From the IMG/VR virus record IMGVR_UViG_3300030330_004490, positions 1-30,342 of that record: DNA of 30,342 nucleotides. One strand, given 5' to 3'. Origin of the DNA: a virus. Taxonomy: Duplodnaviria; Caudoviricetes. Under the pieces are notes generated by a model. The model searched no databases and was not told the origin of the DNA. It saw only the letters and a program-made list of their open reading frames with translations. A program made the translations under genes and the position numbers. Shown piece by piece: positions 18,228-25,939 of the stretch (within the stretch, counting starts at the first letter, position 1; every line of letters starts with the position of its first letter).

Positions 18228-19361
18228 ATGAAAAAGGAACAATTTACACAAATAACTCTTGAGGATCTTCGTGGTCTTGGAACGCTGGACCGATCTGCAA
18301 TACTCACGTATCTTGCAATGCGTATTTACGGCGGCAAAGATGGCCAGACGTGGGCCTCTCAGGAAAGAATCGGACAAGACACGGGCGTGAGTACTCCGAG
18401 CGTTAGGCGGTCATTTTCAAGGCTTCGGCAGGCGGGTTTGATTGTCGAAGATTCCAAACAATCGCGGGCGACCTCAACACACATCGTTAAGGATCTCTCT
18501 GTTCTTGACATATCAGATATGAGATCTGGACATATCAAATCTGAGATCCCCGACATATCAAATCCGATATCTGAGGATCTCATATCTGATATACAAATAG
18601 ATAAAGAAAATATAAAGAACATAGAAACTAAGAATATAATTAATAAAACAGATCAGGAAGATGTAACAGGAGGGGAGGTGATTGATCTCGGCAATCGTTA
18701 CAAAGATTTAATGTCATTTGAAGAAGTGCAAAAAATGAGTCTTGAGTTTTTGGAAACAAAAAAGGGGACCTCCAAGGAGGTCGCGATCGATGAGCTTGAT
18801 CTTTTATTTGAAAAGTTGTGGAGTCGCCACAGCGTGGCGAAGGGCTGGATCGCAGAGCGAACACCGATAGAAGACTTTCAAAAGGTTAGAGTTGGATACA
18901 CAAGAACACAGATCACGAAGGGATTGAAGTCGATCGATTATAAGATAAGCTCCAATCAGGTTGGATCCGGAAAATGGACCGGTCTCCGGTGGATTGATGG
19001 CATGAGAGTATGGTTTGGAAGACAGAGCGAAGTTTGGACCGAGAGAGAGCGGAAACAATACATGGACTGTATCCACGTCTCTCCGGCAGAGGTAGAACAA
19101 CGAAAGCGCGAGATCATACAAGAGCGCGAGAACAGAAGAGAGGAGCGGGCCAAGAATCAAACCGACACGCGGGCGCGGTCTTTGTGGGCGCAGATGCTTC
19201 GGAAGTTTCCAGACTATCAGGATCGATACAATGCGATTTTGAAGGCGGGCATCTACAAAGACGATCTCTTAGTGAAGCAGATCAAAGAGGATCCCGAGCT
19301 TAAGGCCTTCTTTGTTATCGTTGCCACGCATATCGATCTCGCCTCGTTCGGTCTGATATAG
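18228..19361 (+). CDS. Replication initiator (N-terminal HTH, lambda O / DnaD-like layout)
   Basis: LTYLAM...TWASQERIGQDTGVSTPSVRRSFSRLRQAGLI HTH; internal iterons; start set by RBS at 18214-18222. Confidence 0.8.
   Translation: MKKEQFTQITLEDLRGLGTLDRSAILTYLAMRIYGGKDGQTWASQERIGQDTGVSTPSVRRSFSRLRQAGLIVEDSKQSRATSTHIVKDLSVLDISDMRSGHIKSEIPDISNPISEDLISDIQIDKENIKNIETKNIINKTDQEDVTGGEVIDLGNRYKDLMSFEEVQKMSLEFLETKKGTSKEVAIDELDLLFEKLWSRHSVAKGWIAERTPIEDFQKVRVGYTRTQITKGLKSIDYKISSNQVGSGKWTGLRWIDGMRVWFGRQSEVWTERERKQYMDCIHVSPAEVEQRKREIIQERENRREERAKNQTDTRARSLWAQMLRKFPDYQDRYNAILKAGIYKDDLLVKQIKEDPELKAFFVIVATHIDLASFGLI
18507..18650. repeat. Putative replication origin: three 20-bp iterons, one inverted copy, A-rich tract
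   Basis: GACATATCAGATATGAGATC(18507), GACATATCAAATCTGAGATC(18529), GACATATCAAATCCGATATC(18552); 18576-18592 is the exact reverse complement of 18510-18526. Confidence 0.8.
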
Positions 19362-19369
19362 GGGGCGTC

Positions 19370-19621
19370 ATGGTTATCAAAATCGGCGATCGGGTGTTCG
19401 CAAAAACGCCCCTCATTCGATGCGCGATACTTGGAACGATAACCCAAGATCACGATCACAAAGTAAATGTCAAATTTGACCATCCCATTAAAGGGCGGAT
19501 AAGTTGCTGGGTAGACCGGAGCGCATGCAAGCCGGTGCACATCCCCGACCATGTAGAGGTGCGAAATCGAGCCCTCAAAAAGAACACAACGAGCATCATT
19601 GATAAATTGGAGACAGAATGA
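19370..19621 (+). CDS. Hypothetical protein, 83 aa (SH3/KOW-like pattern)
   Basis: IKIGDRVF...GTI...VNVKFD; operon position. Confidence 0.6.
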   Translation: MVIKIGDRVFAKTPLIRCAILGTITQDHDHKVNVKFDHPIKGRISCWVDRSACKPVHIPDHVEVRNRALKKNTTSIIDKLETE

Positions 19622-19833
19622 AAAAGACCTACAAAAACCGAGCCATGAGAACAAAGCCAGAAGAGCAGCCACCACCAAAAGCGGGAGACGCTCGCGACAA
19701 AATCAAGATCTATCTCGGCGGGGCGCACCGAGAACGGGCGCAAAGAATCGCGGATAAAATGGGCGTATCTTTGGAGGATCTGATCTCTCGATACGTCTCG
19801 GAAATGGTTGCAGATAACCGATGGCCGAGATAG
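19618..19833 (+). CDS. Putative ribbon-helix-helix DNA-binding protein
   Basis: KIKIYL...RAQRIADKMGVSLEDLISRYV; ATGA coupling. Confidence 0.6.
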   Translation: MKKTYKNRAMRTKPEEQPPPKAGDARDKIKIYLGGAHRERAQRIADKMGVSLEDLISRYVSEMVADNRWPR

Positions 19834-19836
19834 TAT
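19808..19836 (+). promoter_or_regulatory. Sigma70-like promoter for candidate sRNA-1
   Basis: TTGCAG(19808)-17 nt-TAGTAT(19831); no ORF between it and the terminator. Confidence 0.6.
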
Positions 19837-19840
19837 AGAT

Positions 19841-19917
19841 GTGAGATCCTAGCTGTCTCGCTTTGTTTTGTTATTAGGGTCGTCGGTGTGTTCCTTTCCG
19901 GCGGCCCTTCTTTTTTT
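19841..19917 (+). ncRNA. Candidate trans-acting antisense sRNA-1 (~75 nt)
   Basis: 5' hairpin 19841-19861; single-stranded UUUGUUUUGUUAUU; 11-bp terminator stem with 11-nt loop UGUGUUCCUUU. Both unpaired parts complement the repeated early-gene leader. Confidence 0.62.
19876..19917 (+). terminator. Intrinsic terminator
   Basis: AGGGUCGUCGG/CCGGCGGCCCU stem then UCUUUUUUU. Confidence 0.88.
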
Positions 19918-19919
19918 GA

Positions 19920-19998
19920 TTATTTTGATATAATAACTTTACAACTCTAATAAGATAAGATATATATTCTGTACTAAACAAAACAAAGGAGCAACAAA
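19920..19998 (+). promoter_or_regulatory. Promoter/leader module, paralogous to 27537-27614
   Basis: TTTACA-17-TATATA; shared blocks TTATTTTGATATAATA, AGATAAGATATATAT, TGTAC, AACAAAACAAAGGAGCAACAAAATG. Confidence 0.75.
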
Positions 19999-20226
19999 AT
20001 GGAAAAGACGACTGTTATTTTCAATGTAAAACGCCCGACCGGAGAGTATATGCGAGACGTGCGCATCGTAGATCTCTCCGAGATCGTTTATACCATCAAC
20101 GCATATCTCTCTTGCGGCTGTGAGATTGTCGCACTTGAGGAGATTGACGGAGACATCGCGGACTTTTATGATCGAACCTTGACCGATGACGATATCGATC
20201 GCATGGCTGCGGATGTGCCCGAATGA
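19999..20226 (+). CDS. Hypothetical acidic protein, 75 aa
   Basis: AAAGGAGCA RBS 19985-19993. Confidence 0.75.
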   Translation: MEKTTVIFNVKRPTGEYMRDVRIVDLSEIVYTINAYLSCGCEIVALEEIDGDIADFYDRTLTDDDIDRMAADVPE

Positions 20227-20480
20227 GGGCGCAAATAGACGCCATCTATCGTCGCGTCAAAACACCTGATACATATCGCGGCCAAGGAGACACGGTGATA
20301 GATGCATGCTGTACGGTGCACGATGGATTCATAACGCTCATCGCAAGATCGAACGGGTACCTCGCAACGATATACGCGGGCAAGTTCTCCGGCGCAAAAT
20401 GCGATTGCAAAGGATACCAAATCACAAAGAAATGTAAACACCTCCTTGCCCTCGCAATGTGGGCAAGAGGTGAGCGGTGA
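20223..20480 (+). CDS. SWIM zinc-finger protein
   Basis: CDC-x8-CKHLLAL; ATGA coupling. Confidence 0.8.
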   Translation: MRAQIDAIYRRVKTPDTYRGQGDTVIDACCTVHDGFITLIARSNGYLATIYAGKFSGAKCDCKGYQITKKCKHLLALAMWARGER

Positions 20481-20707
20481 GAGATCCGCTATGGGGGCAG
20501 GCGATCCGGTTGGCGCGCGCTCTTGAGTATGCAAACGCAGCCGGAAACACAGAAGCCGCAAAGATTCATCATGCGGCACTTTTGGAAACACTCAAACAAC
20601 TCGGAGAGATACATGGAAAAGATACTGAAGCACGGCGGCGGCCGGAAGAATGCGAACGGAAAGAAAAGCCCGATGGTGAATCTGGTGATGCCGGAGGAGA
20701 TGCTTAA
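20477..20707 (+). CDS. Hypothetical protein, 76 aa
   Basis: GTGA coupling, RBS GAGGTG; 3' part overlaps the next gene. Confidence 0.5.
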   Translation: MRDPLWGQAIRLARALEYANAAGNTEAAKIHHAALLETLKQLGEIHGKDTEARRRPEECERKEKPDGESGDAGGDA

Positions 20708-20795
20708 GGCCGTTGAAGATATGGCATGGGCTAACAGACTTACCAAGAGCGAAGCGATCCGACAGCTCATCATGAAGGGGTTAAAGAATGACTGA
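20613..20795 (+). CDS. CopG-like ribbon-helix-helix regulator (start reassigned to MEKILK)
   Basis: VNLVMPEEMLKAVEDMA...TKSEAIRQLIMKGL; GGAG RBS before ATG 20613. Confidence 0.75.
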   Translation: MEKILKHGGGRKNANGKKSPMVNLVMPEEMLKAVEDMAWANRLTKSEAIRQLIMKGLKND

Positions 20796-21291
20796 GAGCG
20801 CAGCAATTTGGGAGGATATTAACGCCCTCGTTCCTTGGGGCGATAATCCGAGAATAAATGATCACGCGGTTGAGAATGTGGCGAATAGCATAAAGAGGTT
20901 TGGCTTTGCGTCGCCTATAGTTGCGAGGCTGGCCGATAAAATGGTTATTGCCGGACATACAAGACTAAAGGCGGCGCGGTCTTTGGGCCTTGATAAAGTG
21001 CCGGTTAGATATTTAGATATAGATCCAGCAGATGCAAAGATGCTCGCTCTTGCAGACAATAAAATCGGAGAGCTTTCGGCGTGGGATAACGATGTGCTAT
21101 CTCAGTTATTGCAAGACCTAAAGGATCAAGGTGAGGATCTTAGTGTTACCTCCTTCTCTTCGCACGAGCTAGAGGATCTTTTGGGCGGGCCGGAGGATTT
21201 TGCTGCAAAGGAAGGTGAAGAGATCAGCGTAGGTGCGTTTAACGATTTTAATCACATGTGTCCAAGGTGCGGGTTTGAATGGGATGAGTAG
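20788..21291 (+). CDS. ParB/Srx N-terminal domain protein with C-terminal CPRCG knuckle
   Basis: NPRIND...SIKRFGF..PIV...VIAGHTRLKAA...VPV...LADNK. Confidence 0.9.
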   Translation: MTESAAIWEDINALVPWGDNPRINDHAVENVANSIKRFGFASPIVARLADKMVIAGHTRLKAARSLGLDKVPVRYLDIDPADAKMLALADNKIGELSAWDNDVLSQLLQDLKDQGEDLSVTSFSSHELEDLLGGPEDFAAKEGEEISVGAFNDFNHMCPRCGFEWDE

Positions 21292-22336
21292 TTTGGAAAA
21301 GACAACAGGAATATGGTTCTTTAAAGATACCAAGTTCTCAAAGGATAGGGGGAAAGTCTTCTCTTGTTTTGCTTGCTGTGGCGGATCAACGATGGGTTAC
21401 AAGCTAGCAGGGTTCGATGTTATCGGATGTAACGAAATAGATCCCAAAGTTATGGCGATATATAAGGCAAACCATAAACCTCAATTTTCATTTACTTGCT
21501 CGATTAGGGATATGTTGAAAAGAGAGGAGCTCCCCAGGGAGTTGTTTAATCTTGATATTCTTGATGGCTCTCCGCCTTGCACCTCGTTCTCAACGGCGGG
21601 TGTAAGAGAGAAGGATTGGGGCAAAGCGAAGAAGTTTTCAGAGGGTCAAGCCTTACAGAGGCTTGATGACCTATTCTTTGAGTTTATAGCCCTCGCAGAT
21701 AGGCTAAAGCCGAAGGTTGTTATTGCAGAGAATGTTGCAGGGATAATAAAAGGAAAGGCGAGAGGTTATGTTAAGGAGATTATTAAGGCTTATTTTGAGG
21801 CCGGATATAATACTCAAATATTTAGACTAAATAGCGCTAGTATGGGCATCTGTCAAAGCCGCGACAGGGTGTTTTTTGTGTCTTACCGAAAGGATCTTAA
21901 GTTTCCAAAGATTAAGTTGAGGTTTGCCGAGAAGCCGGTCCCCTTTTACAGGGTTGAGCAATGGATTGGGGGGATTCCTGATTATTATACAGGTCTTTCT
22001 GCAAAAGAGAATAGGATGTGGTTAAAATGTAAAAGGGGAAGCCCCTTTTCAAGTGTTAATCCGAAGGGAAACTATTTTACATGCATTAAGATTCACCCGA
22101 ATAAACCCATAAGTACGCTGGTAAGCGGAAGCCATTACTTTCACCATAGCAAACAAAGGCGTTTATCAGATAATGAATTAATTGCCTGCTCATCTTTTCC
22201 GATGGACTATAATTGGGGCTCTTGGGGGAGTGCGAAAAAAAAATGGGCCCTAGGTATGTCGGTGCCCCCCTTTATGATGGAACGAATTGCTTTGCAGGTA
22301 GGGATTCAGTGGTTATGGCCAGAAGAACAAAGCTAA
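21284..22336 (+). CDS. DNA (cytosine-5) methyltransferase
   Basis: FACCGG, DGSPPC, ENV, QSRDRVF, RRLS..E, GMSVPP motifs in canonical order. Confidence 0.93.
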   Translation: MSSLEKTTGIWFFKDTKFSKDRGKVFSCFACCGGSTMGYKLAGFDVIGCNEIDPKVMAIYKANHKPQFSFTCSIRDMLKREELPRELFNLDILDGSPPCTSFSTAGVREKDWGKAKKFSEGQALQRLDDLFFEFIALADRLKPKVVIAENVAGIIKGKARGYVKEIIKAYFEAGYNTQIFRLNSASMGICQSRDRVFFVSYRKDLKFPKIKLRFAEKPVPFYRVEQWIGGIPDYYTGLSAKENRMWLKCKRGSPFSSVNPKGNYFTCIKIHPNKPISTLVSGSHYFHHSKQRRLSDNELIACSSFPMDYNWGSWGSAKKKWALGMSVPPFMMERIALQVGIQWLWPEEQS

Positions 22337-22743
22337 ATACTGAGGTGCAGCGTCGCATATTGCAAGCGATTCAAGCAGGCGCAACATATGAGTACGCCGC
22401 GCAATTTGGAGGCGTGACGCGGGTGACTTTGTTTTATTGGCTACGGAAAGGAGAACAGCAAAACAAAGGAATTTATAGAACATTTTTTAACGAATTTAAA
22501 AGAGCGGAGTCAATGGCCTGCGTCGGCTCTTTGGCTGTGATAAACAAGGAAGCGAGGGAAGGAAATTGGCAGGCGGCCGCATGGCTTTTGGAGAGGCGTT
22601 TCGGGTATACTCGCGAGGGGCCTCCTCCGGTGCAGATTACAATTGAGACAGAGGGTCTTGACATGAAAACGTTAATCAACGAGTATAATACAGGAATGAA
22701 AGCGATGATCGGTGGTCCGGTTATCGATCTTGATGAAGAATAA
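22315..22743 (+). CDS. terS: Terminase small subunit (start reassigned to MARRTKL)
   Basis: N-terminal HTH and WQAAAWLLERR motif; upstream of TerL. Confidence 0.7.
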   Translation: MARRTKLNTEVQRRILQAIQAGATYEYAAQFGGVTRVTLFYWLRKGEQQNKGIYRTFFNEFKRAESMACVGSLAVINKEAREGNWQAAAWLLERRFGYTREGPPPVQITIETEGLDMKTLINEYNTGMKAMIGGPVIDLDEE

Positions 22744-22756
22744 AAGGAGCAACAAA

Positions 22757-23476
22757 ATGAACAATAAAATCAAATCATATCTCAAATCAAAATACAACCA
22801 ACAACCGCGCACCGATGCCGATCAGAAGATCGTCGCGTGGCTGGACAGCTTCGCCAACAATAAAAGTGTTTGGGAGGTTTCGTATTTAAAAAACGAGCTC
22901 TCAATTCGAGAGAGCAGTCTTTACCGGTGCATCTATCGCCTCGCGTGGCAGGGCAAGATCGGGCTTGCCTCTAAGAAATTCCATGATCTCAAAGCATCGC
23001 CCGACATCGGCGCGCTGTCCTCGGGTGTTTCGATCGTGGTCTGGTCTATAAAACATCGTGTTAGCGTTCCGGTTCTTCCAGAGTGGATCGACACGGATGC
23101 TCCGATTCAGCAGGCTCCCCTTTTTGGTTATGACTTCTCCGCGCTCTCATCTGAAGAGCTTGATGAGGTGATCAAGCGGGCGCAATGGCAGCAAATCGCG
23201 CGAGGTGTTACCGAGAGATATGCGGTGTTGCCGAAGGAGATGCGCAACAAACTCACGGACGTCTTCTGTAAGATCAACATCACCGATCCGGTCTATTATG
23301 CACACTCAGATGAGGATGTCTCTTTTATGACGTACACCGCGATTAAGAACATGCCGATCGATATTGTGATTGATACTGGATTTGGCCCAACTCGATTCAA
23401 CTGTAAAGCATTGACCATCTTTGGAGAGGAGATCCTTAAGGCGACCGGTTCTATGTTCTCCGGATCTTCGTCATGA
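22757..23476 (+). CDS. Hypothetical protein with probable winged HTH
   Basis: AAAGGAGCA RBS 22743-22751; VSYLKNELSIRESSLYRCIYRLAWQGKI. Confidence 0.65.
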   Translation: MNNKIKSYLKSKYNQQPRTDADQKIVAWLDSFANNKSVWEVSYLKNELSIRESSLYRCIYRLAWQGKIGLASKKFHDLKASPDIGALSSGVSIVVWSIKHRVSVPVLPEWIDTDAPIQQAPLFGYDFSALSSEELDEVIKRAQWQQIARGVTERYAVLPKEMRNKLTDVFCKINITDPVYYAHSDEDVSFMTYTAIKNMPIDIVIDTGFGPTRFNCKALTIFGEEILKATGSMFSGSSS

Positions 23477-23793
23477 GGAGAGGGTTTGATCGGTCCATAC
23501 TTCCAACACAGCCACCACCAAAAGGCGAGAGGTATGCAGGAGTAGACAGAGGCAGTCGGTTCAATACATGGTTTCGTGAGAGGTTAGATGAGGCCGGCGT
23601 GACAAACAAGAGGTTTGCCGAGATTATTCAGCAGCCGTATCGAACGGTTATGTGTTGGCGCAAACGATCCGATCCTAGGCCGTGGAGTCAGAAAACAATA
23701 GCGAAGGGTCTCGCCGGTTTGGGGCTCGGTGAATACGAAGAGATCAGAGAAGAGATCAGAGAATTGTGCAGACGTGACAAACGCAGGATTTAA
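23473..23793 (+). CDS. XRE-like HTH protein
   Basis: GVTNKRFAEIIQQPYRTVMCW...P.....TIAKGL; ATGA coupling. Confidence 0.65.
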   Translation: MRRGFDRSILPTQPPPKGERYAGVDRGSRFNTWFRERLDEAGVTNKRFAEIIQQPYRTVMCWRKRSDPRPWSQKTIAKGLAGLGLGEYEEIREEIRELCRRDKRRI

Positions 23794-25234
23794 CAAAGCC
23801 CGCGAGCGTCTCTTGATGGTTGCACGGTGCTATCCGCTTGCCCTTGCGCGTCTTTGGGGCCCTCATTGCCATCGGTGGGACGGCTTTGCAATGAAGAGCG
23901 GACGATCGCGCGGTTGCGGTCGTCAAATGCTTCGTGTTGGTCTTGGTCGTTACCGCTGCAACTCCTGTGCGATAGAGGAGGGCCGCACATCGCAACAGGA
24001 GGCTTTGATTCGATTGCACAACGCAAATGAGGCCTTTCTTTGTACCGGTGGAAACCGAGCCGGAAAGACCGAGGTCGGCGCAATGCTCGCGATCGCCGTG
24101 GCTGCCGGATCTGGCGAGTGGTGGGTTCGTGAGTGGCTCTCTCTTAATGGGCTGCCGGAGAACCTAATCCAGAAGGAGCCACAAACGGTCTGGTATGTCG
24201 CTCTCAGTTATGGCGACGCTTTAGAGTACGGACGACCGAAGCTTGAGCGGTACGCGCCGCAAGGAACAAAATACACGCGATGGAGGGCGCAGGACAGGGC
24301 ATCTATGAAGCTCCCGAACGGCGGGCGGGTTGTGAGTCTCTCAAACTCAGCAGGCCGCGAGGCGTTCCAAGGATCGGCGGTTAAGCTTTGCTGGATTGAC
24401 GAAGAGCCGGATCAGGAGGTGTTTGAAGAATGCATGCTCAGGATCATCGACAAGAAGGGGCGCATCCTCATCACCGCGACTCCTTTGAAGGGACTCACCT
24501 TCTTGCATGATATTTTTGTAGATCAGAAGCCGGTCGGGTTTGACCACTATGCGATTTCAGGTCTTGACAATCCTTATGTGAGTAGCCCGAAGCTCCGGCG
24601 GGCGGTGTCGCATCTATCGGAAGCATCCCAACAGGCGCGCCTTTTTGGGGCGTTTACCAGTCAGAGCGGTCTTGTGTATCCCGAGTTTGATCGGGCCGTT
24701 CATACGTGCAAGCCCTTCGATGTTCCGGAGGACTGGCCGCGTGATGTTGCGATCGACTTCGGGGTGCGCAATCCCTTCGCCGCGCTTTGGTTTGCGCACG
24801 ACATGAAAACCGACACTCTTTATATTTATCGAGAGTACTTTAAAACAGAGAAAACAACGCTTGAGAACGGCCGCATGATAATCGCTCTTGGTGCGAGAGA
24901 TCCTGATCTGCGGTGGATTGTCTGTGACCCTGAGAGCAAGGACGGCCGGCTCCTACTGGCGAGAGAATTAGGCTTAAACAACAAGCCCGCGCCAAAACAT
25001 ATTGGGGTTGTTGAGACAATAAATCTCGTCAAGGAGCGTCTCAAATTGGATGTCGAAGGACGGCCGGCTCTTGTGGTCTTCGATACATGCAAAGAGCTTC
25101 TTAAGGAGTTTCGTAAATATAAGTGGGCAAAAACAACCAAGAAGGACGCGCCCGAAAAGGTACACGATCACGGTCTGGATGCTCTCAGATACGAGATCGC
25201 CTTTTTGCACAGGTGGCAAAAATATCGATCTTGA
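23729..25234 (+). CDS. terL: Terminase large subunit (start uncertain, possibly GTG 23774)
   Basis: Walker A GGNRAGKT, Walker B WIDEE, TATP, DNPY, nuclease IDFG and DHGLDALRY. Confidence 0.95.
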   Translation: MNTKRSEKRSENCADVTNAGFNKARERLLMVARCYPLALARLWGPHCHRWDGFAMKSGRSRGCGRQMLRVGLGRYRCNSCAIEEGRTSQQEALIRLHNANEAFLCTGGNRAGKTEVGAMLAIAVAAGSGEWWVREWLSLNGLPENLIQKEPQTVWYVALSYGDALEYGRPKLERYAPQGTKYTRWRAQDRASMKLPNGGRVVSLSNSAGREAFQGSAVKLCWIDEEPDQEVFEECMLRIIDKKGRILITATPLKGLTFLHDIFVDQKPVGFDHYAISGLDNPYVSSPKLRRAVSHLSEASQQARLFGAFTSQSGLVYPEFDRAVHTCKPFDVPEDWPRDVAIDFGVRNPFAALWFAHDMKTDTLYIYREYFKTEKTTLENGRMIIALGARDPDLRWIVCDPESKDGRLLLARELGLNNKPAPKHIGVVETINLVKERLKLDVEGRPALVVFDTCKELLKEFRKYKWAKTTKKDAPEKVHDHGLDALRYEIAFLHRWQKYRS

Positions 25235-25254
25235 AAAATAAATAAAAATAATCC

Positions 25255-25316
25255 TTGACTTATTATCTTGTTATGTTACTTATCTAAGTACAACAACAAA
25301 ACAAAGGAGTAACAAA
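25255..25316 (+). promoter_or_regulatory. Promoter/leader module of cassette after terL
   Basis: A-rich UP-like tract, TTGACT, TATGTTACT shared with the 1345 operator, leader GTACAACAACAAAACAAAGGAG shared with 27586; -10 is weak. Confidence 0.6.
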
Positions 25317-25541
25317 ATGACTAGACAAGAAGCAATCAATCTTATTCTCTCTCAAATTAAAAACAAAGCACAGTCTTATAAGTTTGACTCTGTAATCATT
25401 AAGCCAATAAAGGATGCAAACACAAACGAATTATCCGGCTACTACATAACATCCGATTTCTCAGCAAAGCACAAGGACTACACTTCAAACTATAGCGTCA
25501 AGATGATCTGTGATAATGATGGATCAATCTTCAAGTTATAG
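25317..25541 (+). CDS. Hypothetical protein, 74 aa
   Basis: AAAGGAGTA RBS; AT-rich. Confidence 0.75.
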   Translation: MTRQEAINLILSQIKNKAQSYKFDSVIIKPIKDANTNELSGYYITSDFSAKHKDYTSNYSVKMICDNDGSIFKL

Positions 25542-25583
25542 AGCTATCGCATTTCGCAGCAAAGAAAACAAAGGAGCATAACA

Positions 25584-25790
25584 ATGAAAACATACAAGTA
25601 CCCAAGCGCAGCAATTTCAAGACTACGAAATCGAAATAAAAAGCTTCTCGAAGCAAAGATGACTCTTCAAGTTTGTCTATGGGACAGCAAAAGCGCAGAA
25701 AAAACAATACAGGAAATATCCAATCAAATTCTTTTGAATTGCAAAGAGATCGAGTATATCGAAAACAACTACATCACTAAAGGAGCATAA
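25584..25790 (+). CDS. Hypothetical protein, 68 aa
   Basis: AAAGGAGCA RBS 25570-25578. Confidence 0.75.
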   Translation: MKTYKYPSAAISRLRNRNKKLLEAKMTLQVCLWDSKSAEKTIQEISNQILLNCKEIEYIENNYITKGA

Positions 25791-25792
25791 CA

Positions 25793-25939
25793 ATGAAAAC
25801 AGACAAAACAATACTTGAGAGCAAGCTTGAGAGGCTGGAAAAGCGCAGACGCCAAGCCATCAAAGAAAAGGACAATCTTCTGGCTCTTGATCTCGAGTTT
25901 CGTATTGAGCGAACAAAAGCAAAGATCGAAAAGCTATGA
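25793..25939 (+). CDS. 48-aa coiled-coil protein (not in ORF track)
   Basis: AAAGGAGCA RBS 25779-25787; ATGA-coupled to the MTase. Confidence 0.7.
   Translation: MKTDKTILESKLERLEKRRRQAIKEKDNLLALDLEFRIERTKAKIEKL

Noticed and set aside
18507-18592. CRISPR-like mini-array
   Set aside because: Repeats are separated by only 2-3 nt and lie inside the initiator gene, which fits iterons; no cas genes
19841-19917. sRNA-1 as a decayed inverted cassette leader or a minus-strand CsrA decoy
   Set aside because: Disfavoured but not excluded: the promoter and U tract are on the plus strand, G-U pairs would be A-C mismatches on the minus strand, and no ORF follows on the minus strand
20871-20880. TGAGAATGTG identical to part of the sRNA-2 linker
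   Set aside because: Same strand as the mRNA so it cannot pair with it, and a 10-mer match is plausible by chance
21233-22756. Longer upstream starts in the ORF track (21233, 22213, 22712; also 18201, 20523, 27134)
   Set aside because: They overlap upstream genes extensively; downstream ATGs with an RBS or translational coupling fit better
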